64,000 nt of DNA from Planctomycetota bacterium (GTDB taxonomy: Bacteria; Planctomycetota; PLA2; JAEUHO01). Within the stretch, counting starts at the first letter, position 1, and the number at the start of each line of letters is the position of its first letter. The position numbers and the translations under genes are program-made. The stretch covers positions 32,001 through 96,000 of the forward strand of contig CBDCWP010000010.1 of assembly GCA_965223505.1 (NCBI GenBank), written 5' to 3'. Shown piece after piece: positions 44,333 through 54,250 of the stretch. The notes below the pieces were generated by a model, which was not told where the DNA came from, did not search any database, and saw only the letters and a list, made by a program, of their open reading frames with translations.

Positions 44333-46771
44333 ATGACGCCGCGCGCGCCCCTCTTCGGCCTGATGTTCTTCGCATCGGGCGCGGCGGGCCTCATGTACCA
44401 GGTCTCGTGGCAGCGCGAGCTGGGTCTGCTCTTCGGAAACACGACCCACTCGACGTCGACGACGCTCGCGGTGTTCTTCCTCGGGCTCGCCGCCGGGAGC
44501 CACCGGTGGGGGCGGCGCTGCCGCGACGTCAGCCGGCCGCTGCGGTTGTTCGGCCGGCTCGAGGTCGCAACGGGCGTGTCGGCGCTGCTCATGCTCGCGC
44601 TCCTGCCGCTGTACCGGTCGTGGTTCGGCGCGCTCTACGCGCAGTTCGGCGACGTGCCGGCACTCTTCCTCGCCGTCAAGTTCGCGCTCGCCGCCGTCGC
44701 CTTGTTCCCGGCCGCGTTCTTCATGGGCGGCACGCTGCCGGTGCTGGCGCAGGGACTGGTGCGCGAGGACGTGGGCCGCACCGGCACCTGGCTCTACGCC
44801 GTCAACACGTTCGGCGCGGCGCTGGGAGCGATGCTCGCGGGGTTCTTCCTGCCACGATTCCTGGGCTTCCGAACGACGTACTTCGCCGCCGTTGCCGTCA
44901 GCGTCGCCATCGGGGTGGTGGCGATCGCTGTCGCCCGATCCGAATCGTCAGCGTCGGCTCCGCCTGCCGGGTCCGTGGATCGAACGCGGGCCGGCGTAGG
45001 GCTGGCCTTCGCCTCGGGCGCGCTGGCCCTCTCCCTCGAGGTGTTGTGGACGCGCATGTTCATGGTCGTGCTGCAAAACACCGTCTACACGTTCGGCGCG
45101 CTGCTGGTCTGCTTCCTGATCGCGCTGTCCCTGGGCGCGGGCCTCGCGCACGTGTTGTGTCGAACCCGCATCCCGCCGCGGCGGGTGATGTCGATCTTGT
45201 TGGTGGCGTCGGGGGTGCTCGTCGTCCTGTCGCCGCGTCTGTTCGGCTACGTCTCGGCGTGGCGGCTCGACGACGGCGGCGACTGGGGCCGCTACGTCGC
45301 GTACCTCTTCCTACGCGTCGGCAGCGTCGTGCTGCTGCCGGGATTGGTGCTCGGCGCGGTGTTTCCGTTCCTCCTGCGAACCGTGGATGTCCGCTCCGCG
45401 GGGGGCTCGCCCGGCGCGCTCGTCGGGCGTCTGCTCGCCGCGAACACGATCGGCGCGCTGCTGGGCGCCCTGGTCGCGGGCTACGCGTTGGTGCAGCTCT
45501 TCGGCTCGACGGCGGCGGTGGTCGTCGCCGGTTGCGTCTATCTGGCGTTGGCCGCGCTGACCGCGCGACGCCGCCGGCTGGCGTGGATCGCGCTCGTTCC
45601 CGTCGTGGTCTTGGGCGGATTCGAAGCGATCTGGCAGCACGGCGCCGCCCGGGCGCGCATCGCCGCGTCGGACGAGACGCTCGTCGAGGCCTACGAGGGC
45701 ACTGCGGGTTCGGTGGCCGTGGTGAAGCGCGGCCGGGGACTGCGGCTGCGCTTGAACCGCCACTACGTGCTGGGCGGGTCCGCGGAACCGACATGGGAAC
45801 GGCTGCAAACCCACATTCCGTTGTGCTTGCACGACGATCCGAAGTCGGTCTTCTACATCGGGATGGGCACCGGCATCACGGCCGGGGCGGCGCTTCGGCA
45901 CGACGTGAAGCGCGTCGTCGTGACCGAGCTTGTGCCCGAAGTCGTCGAGGCCGCGCGCGACCACTTCGCACCCTGGGCGGGCGGGCTGTTCGAAGACCAG
46001 CGCGTGGAGATCATCACGGAAGACGCACGGACGGTTCTCCACGGGACCCGGGAGCGCTACGACGTCGTGATCGGGGACTTGTTCCTGCCGTGGAAGCGCG
46101 GCGTCGGCTCGCTCTACACGCGGGAGCAGTTCGCCGCCGGCCGCGCCCGCCTGAAGGACGGCGGCATCTACGCGCAGTGGCTGCCCCTGTACCAGGTCGG
46201 CGACAGCTTCGGCGACATCGCGCACGCGTTCGCGCAGGTCTTCGACGAGGTGACGGTGTGGCGCGGCGATTTCTTCGCGGCGCGCGCCATCGTCGCGCTG
46301 GTCGGACGCAAGGGCGGGGAGCCGCTCGATCCGGAGGCGTACGCCGCGTCGTTTCGGCGGGTGTTCGCCTCGGGCGATCTCGACGTCTCGGCCGGGTTCG
46401 ACGTGCTGCCGTTCCACCTCTACCTCGGGTCGTTCGACCGCGAGACGTTCGCCGACGGTCGCGCGCTCAATACCGACGATCTGCCGGTGATCGAGTTCGA
46501 GGCGCCGAAGCTGCAGCGCAGAACGTCGGTGATCGAAGAAGAAGGGCTGCGCCGTCTGTATCTGTCGTTTCGCGGCGACGATATGTATGCGGGGTATTTG
46601 CAACGGCTCGACCCGACGCAGCGCAAATACGTGGAGGCGGGACAGGCGTTGTTCGAGTACGGATTGTGGCAGCGGCTGGACGAGAACGCGAAGGCGCGGA
46701 TCGCGTTCAGCAACTACGTGCGGTGCGTGCCCCGGGAGCAGATGGTGAAGTTCGAGGAATGGATCCAATAG
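44333..46771 (+). CDS. Fused MFS/spermidine synthase-like membrane protein
   Basis: About 13 TM segments (FFASGAAGLMYQV, YAVNTFGA), then SAM-binding IGMGTGIT, EDAR, YDVVIGD, QWLP. Confidence 0.88.
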   Translation: MTPRAPLFGLMFFASGAAGLMYQVSWQRELGLLFGNTTHSTSTTLAVFFLGLAAGSHRWGRRCRDVSRPLRLFGRLEVATGVSALLMLALLPLYRSWFGALYAQFGDVPALFLAVKFALAAVALFPAAFFMGGTLPVLAQGLVREDVGRTGTWLYAVNTFGAALGAMLAGFFLPRFLGFRTTYFAAVAVSVAIGVVAIAVARSESSASAPPAGSVDRTRAGVGLAFASGALALSLEVLWTRMFMVVLQNTVYTFGALLVCFLIALSLGAGLAHVLCRTRIPPRRVMSILLVASGVLVVLSPRLFGYVSAWRLDDGGDWGRYVAYLFLRVGSVVLLPGLVLGAVFPFLLRTVDVRSAGGSPGALVGRLLAANTIGALLGALVAGYALVQLFGSTAAVVVAGCVYLALAALTARRRRLAWIALVPVVVLGGFEAIWQHGAARARIAASDETLVEAYEGTAGSVAVVKRGRGLRLRLNRHYVLGGSAEPTWERLQTHIPLCLHDDPKSVFYIGMGTGITAGAALRHDVKRVVVTELVPEVVEAARDHFAPWAGGLFEDQRVEIITEDARTVLHGTRERYDVVIGDLFLPWKRGVGSLYTREQFAAGRARLKDGGIYAQWLPLYQVGDSFGDIAHAFAQVFDEVTVWRGDFFAARAIVALVGRKGGEPLDPEAYAASFRRVFASGDLDVSAGFDVLPFHLYLGSFDRETFADGRALNTDDLPVIEFEAPKLQRRTSVIEEEGLRRLYLSFRGDDMYAGYLQRLDPTQRKYVEAGQALFEYGLWQRLDENAKARIAFSNYVRCVPREQMVKFEEWIQ

Positions 46772-46836
46772 GACGACCCTTGTGGTCGCCCAATGAGGGA
46801 CACGCTTGGTTGGGCAGCCACGAGGGCTGACCCTAC
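46768..46836. repeat. Degenerate REP doublet
   Basis: ATAG-GACGACC-cttgt-GGTCGCCC ... GGGCAGCC-acgag-GGCTGACC-CTAC; starts at the upstream gene's TAG. Confidence 0.8.
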
Positions 46837-46856
46837 GGCAGGACATGCGACGGCCG

Positions 46857-47483
46857 TCAGCCCGTACGCACCACCCGGCCGTCGCGCAGCTCGACGTTGC
46901 CGAGGATGACGTCCGCGATGCAACGGGGGTACATCTTGCGCTCCGCACGCTGCACGCGGGCCGCCAACGTGTCCACCGTGTCGTCGTCGCGCACCTTCAC
47001 GACCACCTGGTCGATGATCGGGCCGCCGTCCACCTCGTCCGTGACATAGTGCACCGTGCAGCCGGTCACCTTGCACCCGCGCTCGAGCACCGCCTCGTGC
47101 ACGCGATGGCCGTAGCACCCCTTGCCGCCGAACGCCGGCAGCAGACTCGGGTGGACATTGAGCCACGCGCCCGCCAGGTCCGGCGGAACGGTGTAGATCG
47201 ACAGGAATCCGCCGTTGACGACGAGATCGGGCGCGTGGGGGCGCAGCGCCTCTTCGAGCGCGGCCGAGAATCGTTCCAGCCCGCGATACGTCTTGCGGTC
47301 GACGATCGCCACCGGAATGTCGCGCTCGCGCGCGTGGTCGAGCCCCGTGGCGCCGTCGCGGTCCGCGACGGCGAAGACGACCTCGCCCGGCACCTCGCCC
47401 GCGTCGATCTTCTCGAGCAGGTTCTTCAGCGTGCTCCCCGAGCCCGACAGCAAGAAGGCGATGCGGGCATGCGGCCGGGTCAT
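46857..47483 (-). CDS. purN: Phosphoribosylglycinamide formyltransferase
   Basis: SGSGST, NVHPSLLPAFGG, GCTVHYV, DGGPII. Confidence 0.95.
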   Translation of the reverse strand: MTRPHARIAFLLSGSGSTLKNLLEKIDAGEVPGEVVFAVADRDGATGLDHARERDIPVAIVDRKTYRGLERFSAALEEALRPHAPDLVVNGGFLSIYTVPPDLAGAWLNVHPSLLPAFGGKGCYGHRVHEAVLERGCKVTGCTVHYVTDEVDGGPIIDQVVVKVRDDDTVDTLAARVQRAERKMYPRCIADVILGNVELRDGRVVRTG

Positions 47484-47779
47484 TGCGACTCTTCTAACAG
47501 CCGACCCACGGCATCCGCTGCAAGTCCCGATACCTCGATGGTCTTGAGCGGCGTGCCGGCGCCCCGCACGATGCGCAACGCGCCCTTGGGGACGCCCAGG
47601 GTGTCGGCCAGCAGCTCGACCACCGCTCGGTTGGCCTTGCCGCCTTCCGGCGGGGCGGCGACCTTGACGCGCAGACGATCGCCGTAGACGCCCGCAATCT
47701 GGTTGCGCGAGCCGCCCGGCACGACCTTGCAGTGCACGTGCGCGCCGCCGTCGCGCGCCTCCACGAACGCCGGGATCAC
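47480..47779 (-). CDS. DUF167/YggU family protein
   Basis: VVPGGSR, VAAPPEGGKAN, LGVPK..IVRG motifs; GTGA overlap with the kinase stop. Confidence 0.9.
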   Translation of the reverse strand: MIPAFVEARDGGAHVHCKVVPGGSRNQIAGVYGDRLRVKVAAPPEGGKANRAVVELLADTLGVPKGALRIVRGAGTPLKTIEVSGLAADAVGRLLEESQ

Positions 47780-50700
47780 TTGTCGGGGTCGGGCTTGCCG
47801 GCCGGGTTCACCGGCGCCGGGGGGTTCTCGCCGGCGTTCGCATTCGCGTTCGGCGCGGGGGCCGGCGGCGCGCGCTTCTTCAGCGGTGGCACCTTTTCGT
47901 TGGCGTAGGCCACGTCGGGGTGCTTGCTCTCGCGCCGAATCGCACTGCCCCACGCGGTGCTTGCCCAGTTCGGGTCGGAGACCATCTTGTCCACGAGATC
48001 GTTGACCTCGAACAGCAGCGCGTTGAAGCGGTTGAACTCCTCGAGGATCTTCTGGCGCTGAGCGTTTCCGAAGTTCTTGACGCCGATGAGCCTCGGATCG
48101 ACCTGCTCCAGGAATTCGTTGAACTCCTGCTCGACCTCATGGGCGCGGTACCAAGCCGCGGCCACCTGCATCTCGGCGTCCAGCGAGTTCAGCCGGCGAC
48201 TGACGTCGGCGATCTCGTCTGCGTCGTCCCGCGAGAGCTTCGTCTTGTACGCGATGTAGTGCTTCTCGGCGGCGCCGCGGTCGCCGGCGAGCTCGGCCAG
48301 GATGCCGAGGCCACGCAGGTCGTCCTTCGTGAACTCGAACCGGGGCTCGCCCTTGTAGTAGAAGACGCGTTCGATCAAGACCTTCGGCCCGAGCTCGCGG
48401 AAGGTGGTCTCCTCGTCCCGGCCGAACTGGATGCCCGAGAGGGAGACGGCCCTGGGCTTCTTCTTCTCGACCTTGTCCTTTTCGCCGTCGAGCTCGACCA
48501 CCTTTCGGCTCCAGCCCTTGTCGAACGAGGCCTTGAGGTGCTGCAGGAGCGCATCGAGCGCCTTCGCGTCCCGGGCCCAGGTCTCCGCGAGCTCGCGGTA
48601 CGCGTCGGTGCGCATGTTGGCCGCGATCTGGCTCGTCTGTCCGGCGACCGAGGGAAGGACCGTCCCGTCGATGAGGTGGAACAGGCCGATGTTGATGTCG
48701 TCGTAGCCGGTCGGCGGATGGCGTAGGTCCACCAGCAGCCGGAAGTAGACGGCTTGGTCGTGCCGCCAATCGGCGTCCTCGAGCAGCTTCTTGTCGCGCT
48801 CGAGCCGCGTGATGCGGACACTGATCGCGTCCCGCCACTCGTTGAACTTCTTGGCGATCGGGCCGGTGCCGCCGCGGTCGCTCGGCAACGAGTCGAGGTA
48901 GTCGCGCAGGATCTTCAGTGCCGCGTCGTAGCCCTCGTGGGTGTTCTTGGGGTTCTTCGGTACGCCGCCGTCGTCGCTGGGCGGCGCCTTGGCGTTGTCC
49001 TTGAGCGCCTGGGTCGCGTCGTCCCACGCCTTCTTGAACGCCTCGCCCATCTTCTTTAGCGCCGCGTCGCGCCACTTCTTGCCGGGCGGATCGCCCAGGA
49101 CCCCCTTGATCAGCACCTCGACCTCGCCCGGCTTGTCGGCCGTGGGCTGCCGCAACAGCTGCACCTTGCCGATGAGCGGGTGCTCCAGGAACGCGTTGTC
49201 CACGATGTCGGCGAGCAGCTCGGTCACGGCGTTCTCCGCGAGCTTCTCTTCGAGGTCCATGTACGCGCCTTCGGCCAGCAGGCGATCGAGCTCGCCGGCG
49301 AACTCCTTCAGCTTCTTGTCGATCGCCGCGACGGCTTCGTCGTGCTTGGTCTCGGTCTCGCTCTTGAGCTCCTTGCGGGTCTTGATGTAGTCGCGAATGT
49401 CTTGCGCCGCCTTGTCGCCGGCGCTTGCGTAGCCCTGCAGCTTGGTCGAGCCGTCGTCGTACGCTTTCAAGAGCTTCCCGAATTCGGCAATCAACGCGTC
49501 GATGTCGGGGGCGTTCTCGCGCTTCTCCCAGTCCGCGATCTTCGGCTGGGCCTTGGCTTTCGAGCCCTTCCATTCCTTGATCTTGTCGCGCCACACCTTC
49601 GCCTTGGCGCCGTAGTCGGCGGCGAGCTTCAGGTGGCTCTTCTCGTCTTGCTCCCAGGTCTCGGAGATGTCGGACTTCGTTCGCCGCGTATCGAGCTCGA
49701 GCTTGTCGCTCGTGGCGTTGTTGAGGTAGGTGCTCACCCCCGTGATGAGCTGGGTGACCTTCACCCTCTCCTCGACGGCACTCATGTCCTTCGTCCTGTC
49801 GACCTCCTGGATCTCCGCGGGCTTGCTCATCAGCATCGCGATGACGCCGATCGCGGCGGCCAGCAGCACCGCGGCGGCGATGATGATCGGCTTGCGGCTC
49901 TTGGGCTTGATGCCGTGCTCTTCGAGACCGTGCTGCAGCCGCACCTTGTCGAGCGCGACCAACAGCTCTTCCGGCGTCTGATAGCGCTCGTCGGGATCCT
50001 TCGCCATCAGCTTGTGCACGATGGCGTCGAGCGCCTGCGGCACCGACTTCGCATGGTCGTTGACGTGCGGGACCGGCTTGTTGAGGTGTCCGAGCAGAAT
50101 CTCCTTCACCGTCTTGCCGGGGAAGGGGTTCTTTCCGCTGAGGACGCGGAAGAACGTGCAGCCGAGGCTGTAGAGGTCGGTGCGGTGGTCGATCGTCGTC
50201 TTGCGGCGGATCGCCTCCGGCGAGATGAAGTGGGGCGTCCCGATGATGCCCTGGCTCATCAGGTCGTCGTTCTCGGACCGCTTCGCCAGGCCCAGGTCGC
50301 ACAGCTTGGCGCTGCCGTCCTCGGAGACCATCAGGTTGTCGGGCTTGACGTCGCGATGCAGGATGTCGCGCTTGTTCGCGAAGACGAGCGCGTTGGTCGC
50401 GTCGAGGAACCAGTTCAGCGCTTCCTTCCAGTCGCCCGGCTGCTTGTCGAGGATCTCTTCGATGGAGCCGCCCGAGACGAACTCCATCGAGAAGAAGTAG
50501 TGACCGCCTTCGCTGCCGACGTCGTAGACCTGCACGACGTTGGGGTGGTTGAGCGCGCCGGCCGAGCGCGCTTCGTTCAAGAACTGATCGACGAACGCCG
50601 AGTCCTTGACGAACTTCTCGCTCAGCACCTTGAGCGCGACCTTGCGCTTCAGCGAGACCTGCTCGGCGAGGTACACGGCGCCCATGCCCCCCTTGCCGAT

Positions 50701-51174
50701 CTTCTGCTCGATCTTGTAGCCGCCGAGCTCCTTGCCGACGAGCTCGTCGGGCGGGAGCTTCTGCGCCGACGACGTATCGACACCGCGGGTGCGGTTGGTC
50801 GACGACGTGTTCTCGACACCGGCCGCATCGAGGTTGCGCCCTTGGGTCGGCTCTATCTCTTCGTCGGCGTCGCCGTCGGAAAGAACACGCAGGATCGTGA
50901 GTCCGAGCCGCAGCTCGTCGCCGGGGTTCAAGCCCGTGTCGCTCGAGACCGGCTGCCCGTTCACCTGGCTGCCGTGCGTCGAGTTCAGGTCGCGCAACAT
51001 CGCGGACGTGCCGTTGTCCCCGACGTGCACCTCGCAATGCGCTTTCGACACCTTCATGTCGAGGACGCGCATCGAAGCGGACGGATGACGGCCGAGGACA
51101 TAGACGCCCGGCCGACCGAGACGCAGGGTCTTGCCCGCGTCCTGGCCGTGTTCGATCCGAATTCGGATGCTCAC
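47776..51174 (-). CDS. FHA domain-Ser/Thr kinase with TM helix and long helical C-terminal region
   Basis: FHA (LGR, VSKAH, DLNSTHGS); IGKGGMG, HRDVKPDN, DLGL, GTPHFISPE; TM IIIAAAVLLAAAIGVIAML. Confidence 0.9.
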   Translation of the reverse strand: MSIRIRIEHGQDAGKTLRLGRPGVYVLGRHPSASMRVLDMKVSKAHCEVHVGDNGTSAMLRDLNSTHGSQVNGQPVSSDTGLNPGDELRLGLTILRVLSDGDADEEIEPTQGRNLDAAGVENTSSTNRTRGVDTSSAQKLPPDELVGKELGGYKIEQKIGKGGMGAVYLAEQVSLKRKVALKVLSEKFVKDSAFVDQFLNEARSAGALNHPNVVQVYDVGSEGGHYFFSMEFVSGGSIEEILDKQPGDWKEALNWFLDATNALVFANKRDILHRDVKPDNLMVSEDGSAKLCDLGLAKRSENDDLMSQGIIGTPHFISPEAIRRKTTIDHRTDLYSLGCTFFRVLSGKNPFPGKTVKEILLGHLNKPVPHVNDHAKSVPQALDAIVHKLMAKDPDERYQTPEELLVALDKVRLQHGLEEHGIKPKSRKPIIIAAAVLLAAAIGVIAMLMSKPAEIQEVDRTKDMSAVEERVKVTQLITGVSTYLNNATSDKLELDTRRTKSDISETWEQDEKSHLKLAADYGAKAKVWRDKIKEWKGSKAKAQPKIADWEKRENAPDIDALIAEFGKLLKAYDDGSTKLQGYASAGDKAAQDIRDYIKTRKELKSETETKHDEAVAAIDKKLKEFAGELDRLLAEGAYMDLEEKLAENAVTELLADIVDNAFLEHPLIGKVQLLRQPTADKPGEVEVLIKGVLGDPPGKKWRDAALKKMGEAFKKAWDDATQALKDNAKAPPSDDGGVPKNPKNTHEGYDAALKILRDYLDSLPSDRGGTGPIAKKFNEWRDAISVRITRLERDKKLLEDADWRHDQAVYFRLLVDLRHPPTGYDDINIGLFHLIDGTVLPSVAGQTSQIAANMRTDAYRELAETWARDAKALDALLQHLKASFDKGWSRKVVELDGEKDKVEKKKPRAVSLSGIQFGRDEETTFRELGPKVLIERVFYYKGEPRFEFTKDDLRGLGILAELAGDRGAAEKHYIAYKTKLSRDDADEIADVSRRLNSLDAEMQVAAAWYRAHEVEQEFNEFLEQVDPRLIGVKNFGNAQRQKILEEFNRFNALLFEVNDLVDKMVSDPNWASTAWGSAIRRESKHPDVAYANEKVPPLKKRAPPAPAPNANANAGENPPAPVNPAGKPDPDK

Positions 51175-51911
51175 GCGCCCTTCCTTTCCGTCATGGGGTC
51201 GTTTCTCGGGATCCCGTCGAAGACCGCACGGCCCACTCGAACGAGGGTTGCGCCCTCTTCGACGGCCGGCTCGAAGTCGTCGGTCATGCCCATGGAGAGG
51301 CCCGCGATGGGCGCACGTCCCACGCCAAGCCGCACCACGTCGTCTCGCACGTCCCTTAGAGTACGAAATGTGGCGCGAACGTCCCCCTCGGAACCACCCA
51401 GCCGGGCCATCGTCATGAGGCCGACAGGCTCCAGATGCGGGCATTGGGTCGTCACCATCTCTAGGAACGTCCGAACGGACTCCGGCGCAAGGCCTCCCTT
51501 GGCAGGATCTGCGGCGGCGTTGACCTGTACGTAGACCGGCCAGACCCGTCTCCGCGCCGCCAGGAGGTCCTCGAGGCGCCTCGCCAGCCGCTCCGAGTCC
51601 AGCGCCTGGAAGACGTCGAACAGATCGACCGCGACGGCCGCCTTGTTGCGTTGGAGGTGGCCGATGCCGTGCCAGGTCCAGTCGCTGGGGCCCAGGGAAC
51701 GCCGTTTGCGCGCCGTTTGCACCCGGTTCTCGCCCACGGCGCGCACGCCCGCGGCGTGCAACGGGTCGAAAACCCACGGCTCGACGGACTTGGTGACCAC
51801 GACCAGCTCGACGTCGCCCTCGGTCGCGTGCGCACCGCGCGCCCGGGCGGTCTCGATCCGCCCGCGGATCCGATCCAGGTTCTGTCGAAGTCGTTGCGCG
51901 ACGTGTTCCAT
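51171..51911 (-). CDS. yggS: PLP homeostasis protein (YggS/PLPBP)
   Basis: VVVTK, GENRVQ, WHGIGHLQRNK, GLMTM, LSMGMTDD, VRVG. Confidence 0.93.
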   Translation of the reverse strand: MEHVAQRLRQNLDRIRGRIETARARGAHATEGDVELVVVTKSVEPWVFDPLHAAGVRAVGENRVQTARKRRSLGPSDWTWHGIGHLQRNKAAVAVDLFDVFQALDSERLARRLEDLLAARRRVWPVYVQVNAAADPAKGGLAPESVRTFLEMVTTQCPHLEPVGLMTMARLGGSEGDVRATFRTLRDVRDDVVRLGVGRAPIAGLSMGMTDDFEPAVEEGATLVRVGRAVFDGIPRNDPMTERKGA

Positions 51912-52231
51912 GCGCTGGCAAAGATCCCATCGTACCGTCTCGCCCGGCGCGAGCGTTTGAAATCGAGGTCCTCCGGGCGTTCGTTCGTCGCCCTAACCCA
52001 TTTCCATAAATGGACTTTCGCGCATCGCCGTTGCGGCGATGAACCTTGACACTACACCGGCGGTCCCCTATAAGTTCGACCTTCCATGGGGGCGCCGGAG
52101 GGGCCCGCGGTGCGGGTGTTGCGTGTCGCCATGGTGCCAGTTTCAATCAACGGAACAGCGAGGCTCTGGAGTCGGCATGCGGGCCCTCCGCTGCCGGTTC
52201 GTGCGCACTCGCAATCCGCGGAAACATACAC

Positions 52232-53494
52232 ATGCAGGGCTTCACCTTGGCACGACGTGGCCTTCTCATTCTCTTGACCGCGGTGTTCGCGGCTGGACTC
52301 GCCGGACAACGCGACGCGGAAGGCGACGGCGGAAGCTGCCTGAAGCCGGCGCGGCCCGTGAAGGGCGCCGTTCCGCTTGCGCGACATGGCGAGATCTCTC
52401 TCGAGCGCTTGCCGTGGGATGCGACGGTCATTCGCATCAACCTCGGCAAGAACCGTCCCGTCGCCGTCGCGGCGTGCTACCTGATGAAGGAACACCTTCT
52501 CGTGTTGGCGCAGAACGGGATGGTGTACTGCCTCGACCGGCACAACCTGCGCGCGCGCTGGGTCGCGAGCCTTCGCTACCCGCTGAAGGCCCCGCCGTGC
52601 GAAGGTCCGACGCACTACGTCTTCCTGACCAAGGGACACGGCGGCGCGTCCTATGTCGAGACGATCAGCCGTCGGGCGGGAACGCGCGGCGAGCGGTTCC
52701 CGAAGAAGCTGCCGTTCGCGGCGTCCGGCGGCGTGGCCGCGAACGGAAGCATGGCGTTCGTTCCCTCGCTGGGCAGCCCGCGCAACAACAAGACGTTCGA
52801 GACCGTCAGCCTGGTCACCGCGCGTCGCGGCTGGGGCTACCTCAGCACCGGGCTGATCTTCGGCGCGCCGGCCGTGGATCCGTCGGGCGACATCGTCGTC
52901 TTCGGCAGCCAGGACGGGGTCCTCACGTCGTTGCCGGCTTCGGCCTCCGCGCCGGCGTCGGAGAACTGGACGCGTTCGCTCGCGGGGCACCTGAGCGCCT
53001 CGCCGGTCGTGACGCCCGAGCACGTGGTGGTCGGCACGCAGGACGGCATCCTGTACTGCATCAACCTGCTCACCGGCGGCGTCAACTGGCTCAAGGGCAT
53101 CGACGATCCGATCAAGGAGACCGCCTGGGTCTTCGGCGGTATGAAGACGACCAAGCGCTCGACGGGCATCGAGGGCGCGGCCGACGTCGACGTCACGCGC
53201 TACGAGGGCATCGCGTTCGCGCGCAACCGCTCGGGCACCCACGCGTTCGACCTGACGACGGGCAACGAGCTCTTCGCGGATGCGGCCGGGCCGAAGCCGC
53301 TCTGCCGTCAGGGCAAGTACGTCGCCACGCTGGATCGCAAGCGCACGCTCAGCCTGCGCGATGCGAATGACGGCTACAAGGTGAAGGGTCGCCTGAACCT
53401 GAGCATGTTCCACCTGATCCCGACGAACCGCACGAGCGGCGCGATCTACGCCTGCACGGCGGACGGGACGATCGTGGCGGCCATTCCGAAGTAG
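52232..53494 (+). CDS. Exported PQQ-like beta-propeller protein
   Basis: Signal peptide with LARRGLL; repeated GxxDGxLYC..GxVxW blades. Confidence 0.75.
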   Translation: MQGFTLARRGLLILLTAVFAAGLAGQRDAEGDGGSCLKPARPVKGAVPLARHGEISLERLPWDATVIRINLGKNRPVAVAACYLMKEHLLVLAQNGMVYCLDRHNLRARWVASLRYPLKAPPCEGPTHYVFLTKGHGGASYVETISRRAGTRGERFPKKLPFAASGGVAANGSMAFVPSLGSPRNNKTFETVSLVTARRGWGYLSTGLIFGAPAVDPSGDIVVFGSQDGVLTSLPASASAPASENWTRSLAGHLSASPVVTPEHVVVGTQDGILYCINLLTGGVNWLKGIDDPIKETAWVFGGMKTTKRSTGIEGAADVDVTRYEGIAFARNRSGTHAFDLTTGNELFADAAGPKPLCRQGKYVATLDRKRTLSLRDANDGYKVKGRLNLSMFHLIPTNRTSGAIYACTADGTIVAAIPK

Positions 53495-53656
53495 CGCCGA
53501 TTCGGCGCACCCGCAGCTCGCCGCAGGCCGTTCCTATCGGGACGGCCTGCTGCAATTCCGGGCGAACGGGACCTGAAAACGCGTCGGCGATGCCGGAACG
53601 TGGGCCAACCAAGGGGGTACGAGTAGACTGCGGGCAGGCCTTTTCGGGAGTGCGCG

Positions 53657-53893
53657 ATGCACGGATTCGAACTCAGCACGTTGATGGGACCGTTGGCCGG
53701 CTTGCCGGGCGGCTGGGAGTGGATCGTCGTGCTGTTCATCATCCTGCTGCTCTTCGGCCGGCGACTGCCGGGCGTGGCGCGCAGCCTGGGCCAGGGCATC
53801 AGCAGCTTCAAGAAGGGTCTCGCGGATCCCGAGGACGGCGGCGACAAGAAGAACGACGCCGGTGATGCGGCCGCCGGCGGCGGCGACACGTAG
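53657..53893 (+). CDS. tatA: Twin-arginine translocase TatA/E
   Basis: EWIVVLFIILLLFGRRLP..RSLGQGISSFKKG. Confidence 0.93.
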   Translation: MHGFELSTLMGPLAGLPGGWEWIVVLFIILLLFGRRLPGVARSLGQGISSFKKGLADPEDGGDKKNDAGDAAAGGGDT

Positions 53894-53896
53894 GTC

Positions 53897-54250
53897 GTCG
53901 GGCGACCCTTGTGGTCGCCCAATCAGGTGTGTCGCTCGTTGGGCAGCCACAAGGGCTGCCCCTACAGACCCGATCCGGCGCGTCCGTTGTGTCGGGCCGA
54001 CCCTTGTGGTCGCCCAATCAGGTGTGTCCCTCGTTGGGCAGCCACAAGGGCTGCCCTTACAGACCCGATCCGGCGCGTCCGTCGTGTCGGGCCGACCCTT
54101 GTGGTCGCCCAATCAGGTGTGTCCCTCGTTGGGCAGCCACAAGGGCTGCCCTTACAGACCCGATCCGGCGCGTCCGTCGTGTCGGGCCGACCCTTGTGGT
54201 CGCCCAATCAGGTGTGTCCCTCGTTGGGCAGCCACAAGGGCTGCCCCTAC
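53897..54250. repeat. Tandem array of REP doublets, 95-bp unit, about 3.7 copies
   Basis: cccttgtggtcgcccaatc recurs at 53906, 54001, 54096, 54191 with near-identical linkers. Confidence 0.95.

Noticed and set aside
53897..54250. CRISPR array
   Set aside because: Intervening sequences are near-identical rather than unique spacers, the units are REP palindromes found elsewhere in the window, and there are no cas genes.
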